Origin: Klebsormidium nitens
Lineage: Eukaryota; Plantae; Klebsormidiophyceae
DNA: 64,000 nt
Reading direction: 5' to 3'
NCBI GenBank assembly: GCA_000708835.1
Contig: DF236961.1
Coordinates: 124,001 to 188,000, forward strand
The position numbers and the translations under genes were made by a program. The notes under the pieces were generated by a model. That model did not search any database. It saw nothing but the letters and a program-made list of their open reading frames with translations, and was not told the origin of the DNA. This document shows positions 35,630-47,251 of this stretch, one piece after another; positions within the stretch are counted from its first letter, which is position 1, and each line of letters begins with the position of its first letter.

Positions 35630-38600
35630 CTAGGACTTCTTCTTGTCTAACATGCGGCGCGCCTGGTTCTTTTTGTCCCAGTATTTCTTCTGACTTTCCC
35701 TGGTTCAGAACAGTAGAGGCTCACGTCAGCAAAGACTTCCCTGCTTCATACTTCTCGATTTGCATCGACTCGCGGGCTCAGTCCCAACACAAGGGAGAGC
35801 GGAGTACCAACCGTGCGATCCCGACGGCCAGATGTTCAAGGGTTACGAAAACCCAACCAACTGTGCACGAGCTGCAAATTGCGACCACGTCCACATGTAG
35901 GCTCGACACAACTCGATAACACCGCCTCAAAAACAAATTGAAAGTTAAGAAGTGTCTACAGCCCTTCCAATCAAGCAGCATCGTGTCGCCGTTCCAGACC
36001 CCTGGCCGCCAGATTTTGCAGCCAACTCGCCGCAGCCCAAGTTTGAGCATCCCGGTGACTCAAAAGAACAGAATCACAATATGCGTCAACACAACAAGCT
36101 CCCAAATCTCCGAAAAGCCAGAAAAGCTGCGCGGCAATCCTGGGAAAGGCCCCTCACCTATGAAACTGGCAGAACTTGAAGTTGGCGTGCCGTTGCCGTT
36201 TACACCGCCACTTGCCCTGCGCCCCAGACCGATACGTGCACCGCTCTTCGTCCGCCAGCTCCTTTCCGGGGGGGGACGCCAGACCCCCACCAGTGCCCCC
36301 TTCGGCAGCATGCTCATCCCCGTGCGTTTCCTCTTTCCTCTCACTTCCCCCCCCCATCGTTTCCTCTGCTTGCACCCCCCTCTTCCTACTTGGGCTCGCA
36401 CCTTCAATTGCCTGAGTCCCCCCCGAAACAGTATTGGGAACCAGCCGGTTCCGGGGCTTGGGAAGCGAGCGGCGCTTCCTTCGGGGGGGCTGCTTGTCCG
36501 ACTCTTCGGGGCTAGGTTGGGTTCCCCCCGGAGACAAATCCAGGAATGCGTGCGGGCGCTTTTTTGGAGGGCGTGGAATGGCACTGGAGGGGGGCGGTTT
36601 GGCAGGCTGCGCATTGGGGGGGGCCGAAGCGCCGGTGGCCGGGGAGGACTTGGCGGAGGGTGAGGCTGCAGCGCTCATTTGACGTCGATCCAGGCGCTGT
36701 TTCCTGGTGGGGGGGGGGGCGATGGGAAAGGGTCGTCAGTGGGAGGGAGAAGGTGCACCAGGCGGATAGACGAGAATACCGAGCAGAACAGGGCCATTGA
36801 GGAGCAAGCAACCATACAAGAGTGCGAAAGCTAGGGCTGAAGTCTTTGTGAGGTAGCAAAGACTGTTCCCTTTGTCCTGCTAAAAATAATCGGATTCTTT
36901 TTGTCAACCAACTTTCTTCTCAGAACACCAGCAGCTGTGAAACGAAAACCTCCGTCTGCAACGAGCCACTCGGCTCTCCAATGCACAGCCCGGTCGCTGT
37001 TCCCCTCAAATTCTGCACCACAATGTTCAAAAAGAGCGGCAGCCATACCTGTGGAACACGCAAATCTTGAACCCCTTGAGCTTGGGGTTCTTGCAGCGCC
37101 AGCCCTTCTTGGCCTTCCCCGAGTGATAATTGCACCGGTCGTCCGCCTCCACTGCCGCCTCGTTTTCGGCGACCTGAAGGCTGGCCGCGACACTCTGTGA
37201 GTGGCCCTTTTCTGTCAACAGGGGCAGCCGATTCACCTGGCGAGGTCAGGAAATCGAGTTAGCAGAAAAACGGAACAAACCTTGGCAACAACGGGAGGAA
37301 ACACCTTTCAAACCCTCTCAGAAACCTGCTCTCTCAACAGAACGGATGCAGAGAGGAACAGCGCCGGACGCAAGAATTCCCGACAGCAGTGCGCGGCCGC
37401 ATCCATAGGGACCTTTCAATTACGAGCTTCATTCACAGATAGCAGCCAGTTGTTGCTCGCTGTGTGAAATCTCGTCACAAATTGCCTATGATAAGTTATG
37501 AGCATGATAGAGCCACACGGACAGGATCAGATGCTGCGAACTCGACTGCTAAGCAGAGCAGCCTGTTGATTCTGAAAGCCGATCTGTCGAGCCTCCCTGT
37601 CTAACACCCTCAAGCGCTCAAACCCTGGTTCCACAACCCAGCTCTACTTATTTTCAAGGGGCCAGGCTTGAGCTTGAAAAGGGTTCAGACTTGGCTACCG
37701 AAGATTGCATACGCACACGTGGTCCAAAGTGTCGCTTGCCTTGAGCCACATTCTTGTTTCCAGACAAAGTCTTGACTGTGAAGGATCGTCAGAATCGATT
37801 CCTGGGCCAAAAGTAAACGTTGACTAACCTGGGGGGACTCTTTCTGGGGCTTGGTAGGCGTGGCGCCACCCCCCTGCCGCCGCGCCAAGGGTTGGTCGTC
37901 CTCTGAGGAGGGGGTATCCGCTGATATTTGCGCCACGCTGTGTGCTGGGTCTAGAGACTCGGAGCGCTGTATGCTCACGTCGGAAGGATGACTTTTAAAC
38001 AAGCTGGCAGCTTTCTGGCGCGCCTGTAAAGAGGTGAGAAAGACAGGATTTAGGTAGTGAGCAACTATATGAGGTTTGTTTCCAACATTGAATTTACATG
38101 TAGCTTGCACCTACCAAAGCCACCAACATGTTGAACTTTTAAGATTGCACCTGACTGCACGCTTACCTGATCCATCCTAGATCAGACTGAAGCAGCCGCA
38201 CAACAGCCCCAAGCATGACCATAGCAGTTCTCATTTCTCTCTTCAAGACCTAGATGCCCTGTAGGGAGTCTCACCTCAGCAGGCGGCCCCTGTGGTGGCG
38301 CCTCTTCCACTTGCTGCGCAAACGCGAGCGTGAGCAGCTCGTGCGCTGCTTGCTCGGCCATCCAGTCCGCTCGACTCTTTGGCCCCCGCGCGCCCACAGG
38401 CGCTTGCGCCGACGTGTCTGCAGCAAGATCGAAACTCTGTTACACACTGGAACTAGGTCACTGAATCCAATGCTGTTGAGTCAGGGCAGAGTTCAAGAGG
38501 CACCAGAAGCTTTTGTGACTGGCGCCACTGCAAATGCTGACTCCCTGACAAAGAAGCACGACCGGTCTGCACTCACAAAGGCTTGCTAGGGATTCTGTCT

Positions 38601-41216
38601 AGAAGCCTTGCCGCAATAGAACGATGTACTAAAGAAAAACAGTAATCATAGGACGACTCTATCAACCAGATGAACAAGTATCCCTAGTTCAAATGTCAAC
38701 CCCCACAGAAAGATATCAAGTCCCTTGAAAGTGGCAGATACTAGCAGCGGCATACCTAGGCGGGCGCTACTCCTGCCAGCTTGCTGCTCGGGCGCTTCTG
38801 TCCTGGGGGGGTGCCTACTTCGACTGTTGGTTACACCTTCCAGTCCCGCAAAACCGCCCGCAGTCGTGAGCTGGAAAGGGATGATGTGCAATCCACCTGC
38901 GCCCGGCGCCGCCGCTCCGGTCGTCCCCGCCTTCGACCACATCCGCTTCGGCCGCAGATCCTCCTCAAAAATGTTGATCAACCCCCCAGTCGTCTCTTTT
39001 GACAGGTCAAACCACCCGCCATCCGCCCCACCCTTTGCAGTTTCCCCAACCCCCCCCGCCACCCCACTAGAATCGTCATTCACATTTTGAGCAGCCTTGA
39101 GGGAGCGCTGAGCCAGCTGCTCTGGTGCCCGCTGTCGCTTGAGATAGGCTGCATCCTCACGGAAAAAGCCGAACCCCCCGGCTACGGGGTCGGTCTTTCC
39201 CCCATACAGCAACAGGCTCTCGGGGCCAAAGTGCAGCTTCTGCGATGCCAGGTCCCCCTTTTCCCCGCTAGAACGCCGCTCAAGATACTGCCAGGCGCCA
39301 CCCCCCTGCAAGAGGTTTCGCTCCTGCGGTGCTTGCCGCTCGTTTCCCAAAGGGACACGCCATTGAAGGCCAGGGTTGACATCCTCGTGCGGCGCCCCTT
39401 CCTCCCCTTTCCAGAATGCTGTATTCCTTGCAAACGTCTCAATTGAAGCCCAAGCTCCGATCCCCACGTTTTGGAGCCTTGGTTGATCTCGCCTCTCTTC
39501 GCCTTCTAGAGAGCTCCTGAATTGCCTTTCTGACTCCCCATCCACTTGCGACAGCTGCTGCTCCCAACCCTCATCCTGCTGCTCCTGAAAGCCCCCTTTC
39601 TGACCCCCTAAAAGCGACCCCAGATCGCGACCACTTTCTGCCGCTGCCGACTCAACCCAAAAACCAAACAATCGGAAGCGATTGGGAGGTGGAACAGCAG
39701 GAGCCTCCCTGACATTCATGGAAGAAGCTAACGGCGGCACCAGAGGGGCCTGGAATGGCATGAAGGCGGACTGCACACCTCCCGATGGACCAATGACCTG
39801 CGCCATGGGAGGAAAGCGACCTTGAAGGTTGCCCCCTGAAGCAGGTCGGCTCGTGTTTCCACTCGCATTGTTCCACCCAGATGCTCCATCCCCCCAGTCA
39901 GGAGTAAAGGGCAAGCGATTGTCGGGAAGAGGATGACCAAGGCCTTGGAGCCTGTCCTTCAACCAGTCCAAGCTGTCGTTCTCTTGTATGATTCTTCCAT
40001 GGTCCCCAGACACGCCTTTTGCCGCTGCATTCCCGTCCATCCATGCTAGTGCAGAGAGTGAGCACTCAAGCTGGTACCAACAGCCTAGTTCCCTCCTGGG
40101 CGTGTGCCTCTTCACTTGCTCCCAGAATAGGCTTCTGCAGTTGGTGCAGGATGGAACACCTATGGAAGAAACAGATGCACTTCTTAGAGACAATTCACAC
40201 AGGACATGATGGTCTATCCCAATCATAATGCCAATGGCACAAACAATGCATCTGCATAAAGAATTACTGGCCATGCATTGTCCCAGATATAAGTTTCTAG
40301 ATCCAAAACAAGCCTGTGCGAAGGCCTTGCGAGCATCCAGTCGCATCAGATGCGAATACAGGACAAGCCTGCGCTTGAGCAAGGCTCGCAAGCAGCCAAA
40401 CAGGATTGACAGCAAAGTTTCAACAGCCTGGTGCTTATGTTGCAGGGCTGTCAGGTTAATACAGCAGTGACACAATTTCTGCTGGAAGGATTTAGGACGC
40501 AAGTTGAACAAACACTTGCATTGGCAGGTTGGATGCTTCCCTCAACACAAATATGTATAGAAGGTCTGGACCGACATTGTTAAGCCTTTCGCTGAGATCA
40601 GCTCTATGCGAGCCTTGACTCCTTGACAATGACACCAGTAGCAACCTTGATCAACACATTCTGCAGGGAACACTGTGACTTTTAAGGAGAGCTACGAGGA
40701 CGTCCCTAAACTCTTCAAAACTCTGACGTCCCTTCGCCTCTTTTACCTTGTACTGACCCATGGATACAAAAGCCACATGTAAGCTCTAAACTGCATGGAC
40801 ACTCAACAGAAAAAGGAAGGCCTTGTCCTGACCCAATGCTACAAGAACACAATATGCAAGCTGACAGAGTGCGAGGACAAACAACGGCAAAAGGAAGCAC
40901 AACCACCGAACAGCACCCCCTGATCAGCCTGAACCTGTTGCTGAAAGCCCAATCATGTAGATGGACGCATACCTTGCTTGTTCAAGGAGCAATCAGACCC
41001 GCTTTCGCACCCAAGTTGCTCCGTCCCAACTTCTTTGTGGCGAAAGGAATTGCTCACACCATCCTTCTCTTCCTTCACACTGGACCTGTGACGGGCAGTG
41101 GTTCTTCCAGAGTTCTGAAGACTGAACTTCGTGTGCTCGACGCTCGTCCCAAAAAGGTCAAAGGAGAACGCTGCACAGCCTGCACTGGCAGTCTCAGAGC
41201 TAGGTAGGTTTTCAAC
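35630..41216 (-). CDS. Double-WRC-domain protein (plant-type CX9CX10CX2H-like zinc finger), about 790-870 aa; exons 41216-40973 (tentative), 40045-38756, 38417-38275, 38023-37829, 37173-37049, 36703-36158, 35699-35630
   Basis: RCNYHSGKAKKGWRCKNPKLKGFKICVFHR and RCTYRSGAQGKWRCKRQRHANFKFCQFHR. All listed junctions are GT-AG and in phase. 5' end uncertain (in-frame Met at 40040, or further upstream). Confidence 0.8.
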
Positions 41217-41259
41217 CTGAAGGAAGGCTGATGTCATGATCAGCATCTGACAGTCTGGT

Positions 41260-43210
41260 TGACTAGGTACAGCCTGTACAGGGTGACACCTGAGTCCTGA
41301 TTCTGACACACGACTCACGAGTTCTCGAGGCTCGGGAGTCGGGGGTCGGGAGTAGGTACATATTAGTAGGAGCTGGTCCGTGGACTCTGTACAGGTACCT
41401 ACCGTAGTACAGAGTTTGCCATGCAGGACTCTTCACCCGGTACGCTGGAGGTAGGCACAAACCTTAGAACGACGATACCGGTAGGTTGGAAGGTTCAAAG
41501 TACCGGTACCTGTCACCTCGCAAGGTTCCAACCAGGAGCTGGTACCGCAGTTCGGGTACCATCATCCATGCAAATAACCGTTCCGATGTGGCCGCCACAA
41601 AGCGGGCCTATCCTGGATAGCGCAATCGCCTCTCCCGGTAAGATTCACCCAATCAAAATACGATGTGTGGCCTGTGGGAGTTATTAGGTAGGTACTACAG
41701 TAGGTACCCTCCCGAAGTCCGGACTCTCCAGTCCATGCATGTTACACGTTTGTACCGTGGGGTTAAACAGCTGCCAGATGTCAGGCTCAGAACTTGATCG
41801 CAATCGGCATCTTGCGTCATCATGGACTGGTGTGCACTGTGCAGTGGGCACTGTGCAGTGTGCAGTGTGCAGGTGTAAATAGGTAGGTAGTACATAGTAC
41901 CTACTACGGTACTACCTACCATGTACCTAAGTACTACCTAGGCGTGATCCTAGATAGGTAGGCAGGTAGGTAGGTACCGGCAACCGTACCGTACCAAATG
42001 TCCGGTTGGGCAGATTTTTGCCCAATAATCAATTTCGTATCTTGATTTTCATGGATTTTGGGCAGCTTCATCTATCCATTTCTGTTGTTTTTCCACAGGG
42101 CAAACCGGTCTGCAAGTCTTTAATTAGAATTTATTTTCAATCCAGATTTTTGGGCAAATCAAAGAACGTTTATTCCGGAATTGGAATTTGGTACGGTAGT
42201 TGTCATGGCCGACCAGGATTCAGGAGTGAGAAATAATAGAATCCATGTTCCGATTTGTTGTCGGGCAATGGCCCGGCCCTAGCTACGGTGGTAACGGTAC
42301 CTACTGATCATCACCTTCATACCTAAGTACACAGTACATGTTACGGTACATACTGGGATGATGGATCAGTCTTGCAAATAAGAGCTATGGCTTACCGCCA
42401 TATGAGGATAATACTACCGGTACTACCTAGTACCTACATACTCAACCTCATGCAAGGTTTAGGTATTCTGAAGCGTCGTCCTACAGCCTGAGGCTACAGG
42501 AAGGCGGAATGTTGACGTATAATAGAATAGGTTTTGGGGCAAATGAAGTGTTATACCTACTTGATACGGAGTCAGGCTACGGTTTTCGATCGCACCCCGC
42601 TGTGCTGTTGTAAACAGACAGTAGTGGTTCGCCGAGGTCATGGAACGTGAAACCGTGATACCGATACTAGGCATACACGTAGGTACCGGTAGTCATGACT
42701 CATGAATCATGATCCGACCTCGGACCAGGCCACAGGCAACACAGACGGTACCTGTGGGACTATCCCCACAGGTACCGAGACCGCCCATGGCACTCCGCCC
42801 CTGGCACTCCGCGAGTCGCACGATTCCTGGCTCCGGAGTCCCGACCGTTGATATGTCCGGAGTCCGTACGAAAATGTGTGAGCCACGCGACTCCTGACCT
42901 GTGTGCGGCGACTCGATCACTGGGAAAACGAGTATCGGTACCTGCGAAGTGCGGACCGGGATCAGGACTGAACACCTGAAGGACGTACGTACCTATAAGT
43001 TACCTGCGCGCTGACTTGCGTCTCGTGACTCCGACTCGTGACTTGTGAGTCGTGACTTGTGGTGTTGACAGCAGCGGTCGCCGTTAGCCCGGTACGTGTC
43101 GGCGGTAATCGTACCGGGCCGGGCATCGGCCGGTACTCGGAGCTATTTAGTAATAACAGCCTACGAAGTGCACACTGAAGACGGTACCTTTCGCACGGTA
43201 CCAAGTTTCA
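41260..43210. repeat. Non-coding GTAC/GGTACC-rich block with many short hairpins
   Basis: 13 GGTACC sites counted by eye in 41393-43202. Stems at 41385-41416, 41884-41918, 42746-42777 (13 bp perfect) and 43087-43119 (10 bp). Confidence 0.75.
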
Positions 43211-43215
43211 ACACT

Positions 43216-43415
43216 CCGATAACTCTCGTGTGACCTAAGAGGCTAGAGCCGTCTGACCTAAGATAGGCACCCGGGGGACGGGTGGGGTTGATATGGTGGT
43301 TAGGGTGGGTTGGGGTGCGGAGCGGGTGATTATCTTGGTTAGACTTTTAGTTTGAAATGCCCGGGTAGTCCGTATCTTAGGTCACACGCCCGTTAGGTTA
43401 CACGAGAGTTACCGG
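43216..43415. mobile_element. MITE/foldback-like element enclosing G-rich element copy 2
   Basis: ccgataactctcgtgtgacc (43216-43235) is an 18/20 inverted match to ggttacacgagagttaccgg (43396-43415). Inner tgacctaagata / tatcttaggtca pair, with CCCGGG on both sides of the core. No target-site duplication established. Confidence 0.5.
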
Positions 43416-43461
43416 TATAGTTCCAACGGGTAACCGCACACAGCCCAGGTACACCGCAGGG

Positions 43462-43867
43462 TTTCCCATAGCCGGTCGATACCAGCGATCCGGGCCGGCC
43501 GAGCACCGGGTTCAGCCGGTGCCGAAGGCACCTCGCCGGCTCAGCTGCAGGCCTGCAGCCGGTAGAAACGATACCCTGCCGGCTAGGCTACCAGCGTATA
43601 GATACAAGTCAGCACTTTGGCTCTTGTGCAGGTTCAAACATACCCTTTAATAGACTTCCCAGTGGTCAAAATGTCCTCAAAACCGCTCAAAACCTTTGGA
43701 AAGTGGTCCAAACCCGATTGAAAAACACAGAGAGTTTGACACTCCGCCGGGCGAAAGTTTTTGACAAGTGGCGGCGACTTGCTCGGGCCGGCCGTCGCGA
43801 CGAGCTGGCCGGCAGAAATCGGGGGCTGCCGGCTGAGTGCCCGGTTGCGCCAGAATCCATGGGAAAC
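43462..43867. mobile_element. Possible degenerate MITE with imperfect inverted arms around an AT-richer core
   Basis: Left arm gtttcccat...accggg..cagccgg...cgat..ctgccggc is mirrored in the same order by gccggcag..atcg...ccggctg..cccggt...atgggaaac. Confidence 0.35.
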
Positions 43868-44125
43868 ACTGGTACACCGTAGTTGGTCGCGCGGCTCCCG
43901 CGGCGCGCCTGGCCCCATCGGCCTTATGCAGGTCGGACTCGGGGTGCACGATGCATGAGTCATCATCACGCGTCATCATCACTACGTTGCATGCAAATTG
44001 CGCGGCATACATATGTGACTCCTCCTAGGTATACCAGTATTCTACAAATTAGGGTTCAACACCCTATCTCGATCTGACACTCGAAAAAGTTCAGCTAGAA
44101 GAGTCTACCATGAGGGATGATGCAT

Positions 44126-44234
44126 AAGCAGGCTGGGACGGGTGGGGTTAGTAATTGGGGGTTTAGGTGGGTACAAGTGCGGAGCGGGTGTTTTTGCGGG
44201 TTAGGTTTTTAGTGTTAGTGCAAGAGCTTACTAC
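44126..44234. repeat. Dispersed G-rich element, copy 3, ending about 60 bp upstream of the URM1 ATG
   Basis: Aligns along its full length with 6204-6310. Confidence 0.85.
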
Positions 44235-44295
44235 AGGAATCAGCTGATGAAGGAACAGCTTACAAACGTTTTTTCTGGTCTGAGGAACAGAGAAG

Positions 44296-46005
44296 ATGGT
44301 GGAGATTAACTTGGAGTTCAGCGGGGGCTTGGAGTTACTTTTTGGCGATGTGAAGCAGCACAAGGTGCAAGTACCCGCCAAGGATGGTGCTATTCAAGTA
44401 AGAACTGGGGAACAATTGCCCTCGCAATCCGGTTTCGTTAGACGCATCAACATTTGGAAAGGAGCAACTTTAACAATTAATGCTAGGCAATGCTGCTAGT
44501 GGAATTATGGACCGCTTCAAAAGAATTTATATCTAAAATGTGGTGGTGTTCAACATGCTCGGTCGACCTCTTAACATGGACCAAGCTGTCAATCTGTTAC
44601 AGAGTACAACTTTTGCATGCCCAACACCTGGTTGCTAGTCGCGGGCTGCCACTCTGCGGATGTTTGTGCTTCAAGGGATGCTCTCATCGTTCTGAAGTGT
44701 CGACTTGCAACCAGATTGATGCAACAACCAGTTACTTACTTTGAAAAGCTCATATGGGTGGTGTGAACTTCACATACCTTCCAAACGACCCTTGTAGTTC
44801 GGAACACTCGCTTCTCTAGTTTGCCGGCGGTGGTGCTAGGTACAAGGAAGCCAAGCCCCACATCGATTGACATGTTGGTCTGAAAAAGATCCGGCAGGAT
44901 AATTTCTGTATCTTCCTGCGGCAGGTAGCAGCTGGCATGTTTCTTGGTAAACACCTTCGTCCAAACATGATGCAAACGTTGCCACCTGGCGACTTTCTGC
45001 CACCGTACCAGTTTGCTGTAGTTGACCAATCATTGTAGAGGCTCTGATGTATAAGATCCCAGTCGTTGCTTTGCTAAATGCAGTGGCCTCGGTTCTAGGC
45101 GGCCGGGGTGGCTAAGCAGAGGTTTGCCCAGCCTGGAACAGGGCCCCGGTTTTATCACCAGGCACGTGGCTGGGTGCAAAGTGAGAGGGGGCATAAGGTT
45201 ACTTCTTCTTTCGCGTTCTTCTGCTCTTTTATCCTGTGTCTTAAGGTGCAAGTGACTGGGGGCATTCCTCTCCATGTTTCTTTCTTTTTTTCCCCCGTTT
45301 TTCTTTTGTTTGCTTCCATTGGAGGCTTGTTTTCAACAGTCAGCGCACTTTGCAGGTACTCATTTCAGACCTCCTAGTATGGATTCGGGGCAACTTGCTG
45401 AAGGAGCGCCCAGAGATGTTCCTGAAAGGGGACTCAGTGTGAGCCTTGCATCGCACTGATCCTTCTTAGAAATGGCCTGTTGCCTCTGAGAAAATGGAAT
45501 TCTTCACCACGTGCAGGATTTTGCTTTTTCTGGAACCTTGTGCGAGGCATGACACAAACAAGACAGCCCTAGACTTCGGGTGTGCTCATAAGGATTGAGC
45601 ATGGTCGTATCCCAAAAAAATGTGACGCTTTTCTAAGCACCTCAGAACGTCACCTGGCAGCAGAACTACACGAAATAGTGCTCTGAAGGCGCATCTTGCT
45701 CAAAAGAGAACAGCTCGTATCTGGCTGCCACGAAGCCGCAGCTGTTATGTTCGTTGCATGTCCGAAATCGCTTGTGTACTGACCTTATTTGGGTCTGAAA
45801 AGCAACACTTTGTAGGAGACGACCCCTGTTTCTTTCAAAGGTGGTCCAGGCAGCAACCTACTGATCCACAGCCTTTGTGTCTGTCAGGCGACCCGGCATC
45901 CTCGTCCTCATTAATGACTGCGATTGGGAGCTCTGCGGCCGATTAGCGTCTCCCGTGGAGGACGGAGACACCGTAGTTTTCATCTCTACACTGCACGGGG
46001 GCTGA
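44296..46005 (+). CDS. URM1: Ubiquitin-related modifier 1, 100 aa; exons 44296-44397, 45356-45438, 45888-46005
   Basis: [17 protein letters not shown]...|[23 protein letters not shown]|[15 protein letters not shown]...[10 protein letters not shown], with diagnostic C-terminal LHGG. Confidence 0.97.
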
Positions 46006-47251
46006 GGATCGCTTCCTCTTTTCGAGCTACTCTCTCGACAGCGCTGGACCAACTGGATTAAAGCACCCAGTCGACACACAGGCTTAATGCGGCTGACCGG
46101 CCCAATGTCTCAGTGACCTTCCACGTACAGAAAGAGACGAATGGGTTGGGTTGCAAGTTATCTTACGAATGGGCTAAGGTACCAAGTTGAACGCTGAGGA
46201 ACGGAGCTCAGGGTCCACCATCTTTTTGACAAGCCCAGAGATCAAGTTGACACCGAATCAATGGCAGACTTTATGCAGAGCTTTTCTTTGGAAACTAGGA
46301 GGTTCAAGCACGCTGATGTTGTCAGTCAAACAGATCGTACGCTGCCGAGATGTCACTCTGGCCTAGCAACATTGAGCCGCGTTGGACTCTCGCTGTCCCT
46401 CCGACCAACAAGAGTCGCCCCCGGACCCGCCTGTGGTTAAGTTCTTTCTTTCCTGCCGGTCTCGTGAAGTCGGCAGTGTTTGAAGCCGAGATCCAGATGC
46501 TATAGGATGTCGATGCAAAGCCTGGCTACGCACATCGATCAGGCACACATCATTGTCATCGATCTGACATTGCCAATTGAGTGATCCTGAGACGTCTGTT
46601 CCTGAGACGTTTTGGCCGCCCGGTGCATCCAACATTTATGCCATGCTGCAGCTGCCGCCATGAGTATACACTGATCGAATCAGCTAGAAGCTAGACGTAG
46701 CATGTACAACTGATCACGCACGTACATGAATCGGAATAGCTTTCAATCGATCATAGCTGAAGCGCGGCTATAATTGTGATGGGATCAATCAAACTTAAGT
46801 AAACCAGATTGATGGCCACTCATGGTTGATATGTATAGATCCTTGCATGCAACCGCACCACTTGATGTAGGTGTAGTGGTCAGTGTGCTCGAGCATGCTC
46901 AGTCCGTCGACCAGATGTCTAATGTACATCCGTGATGGTTCTACCTCTCACAGTCTGGCCGCCATGACCTGTACGCTGATTCTCTACAGAACGTTTGCAA
47001 CAACAGCGACAAGCAGCAAAGTACCACCCAAGCTAGCGACTCTAATACGACACGGAAGTTTCAGTACCCCTTCTCATCCAAACACAACTGTAGAACAATG
47101 CGGTAAACGCATTAAACTCCTTGCCCTGCCCGGGGGTACTCTTTAGCGACACCTGCCCTTTTTGGCGCTAGCCTCCCTCTCTCCTTACGCCGAGCGGCCC
47201 ACATCATCTTGCTGTAGACGGCTACAAAGCCTTTCGGATAAATTTTGCGTG

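Noticed and set aside
41263-44077. Short ORFs in the GTAC-rich block as a transposase
   Set aside because: All are under 115 aa, with no DDE, HUH or RT motifs.
44398-45355. Short ORFs in URM1 intron 1 as a nested gene or LINE fragment
   Set aside because: No recognisable RT or endonuclease motif; frames short and unconnected.
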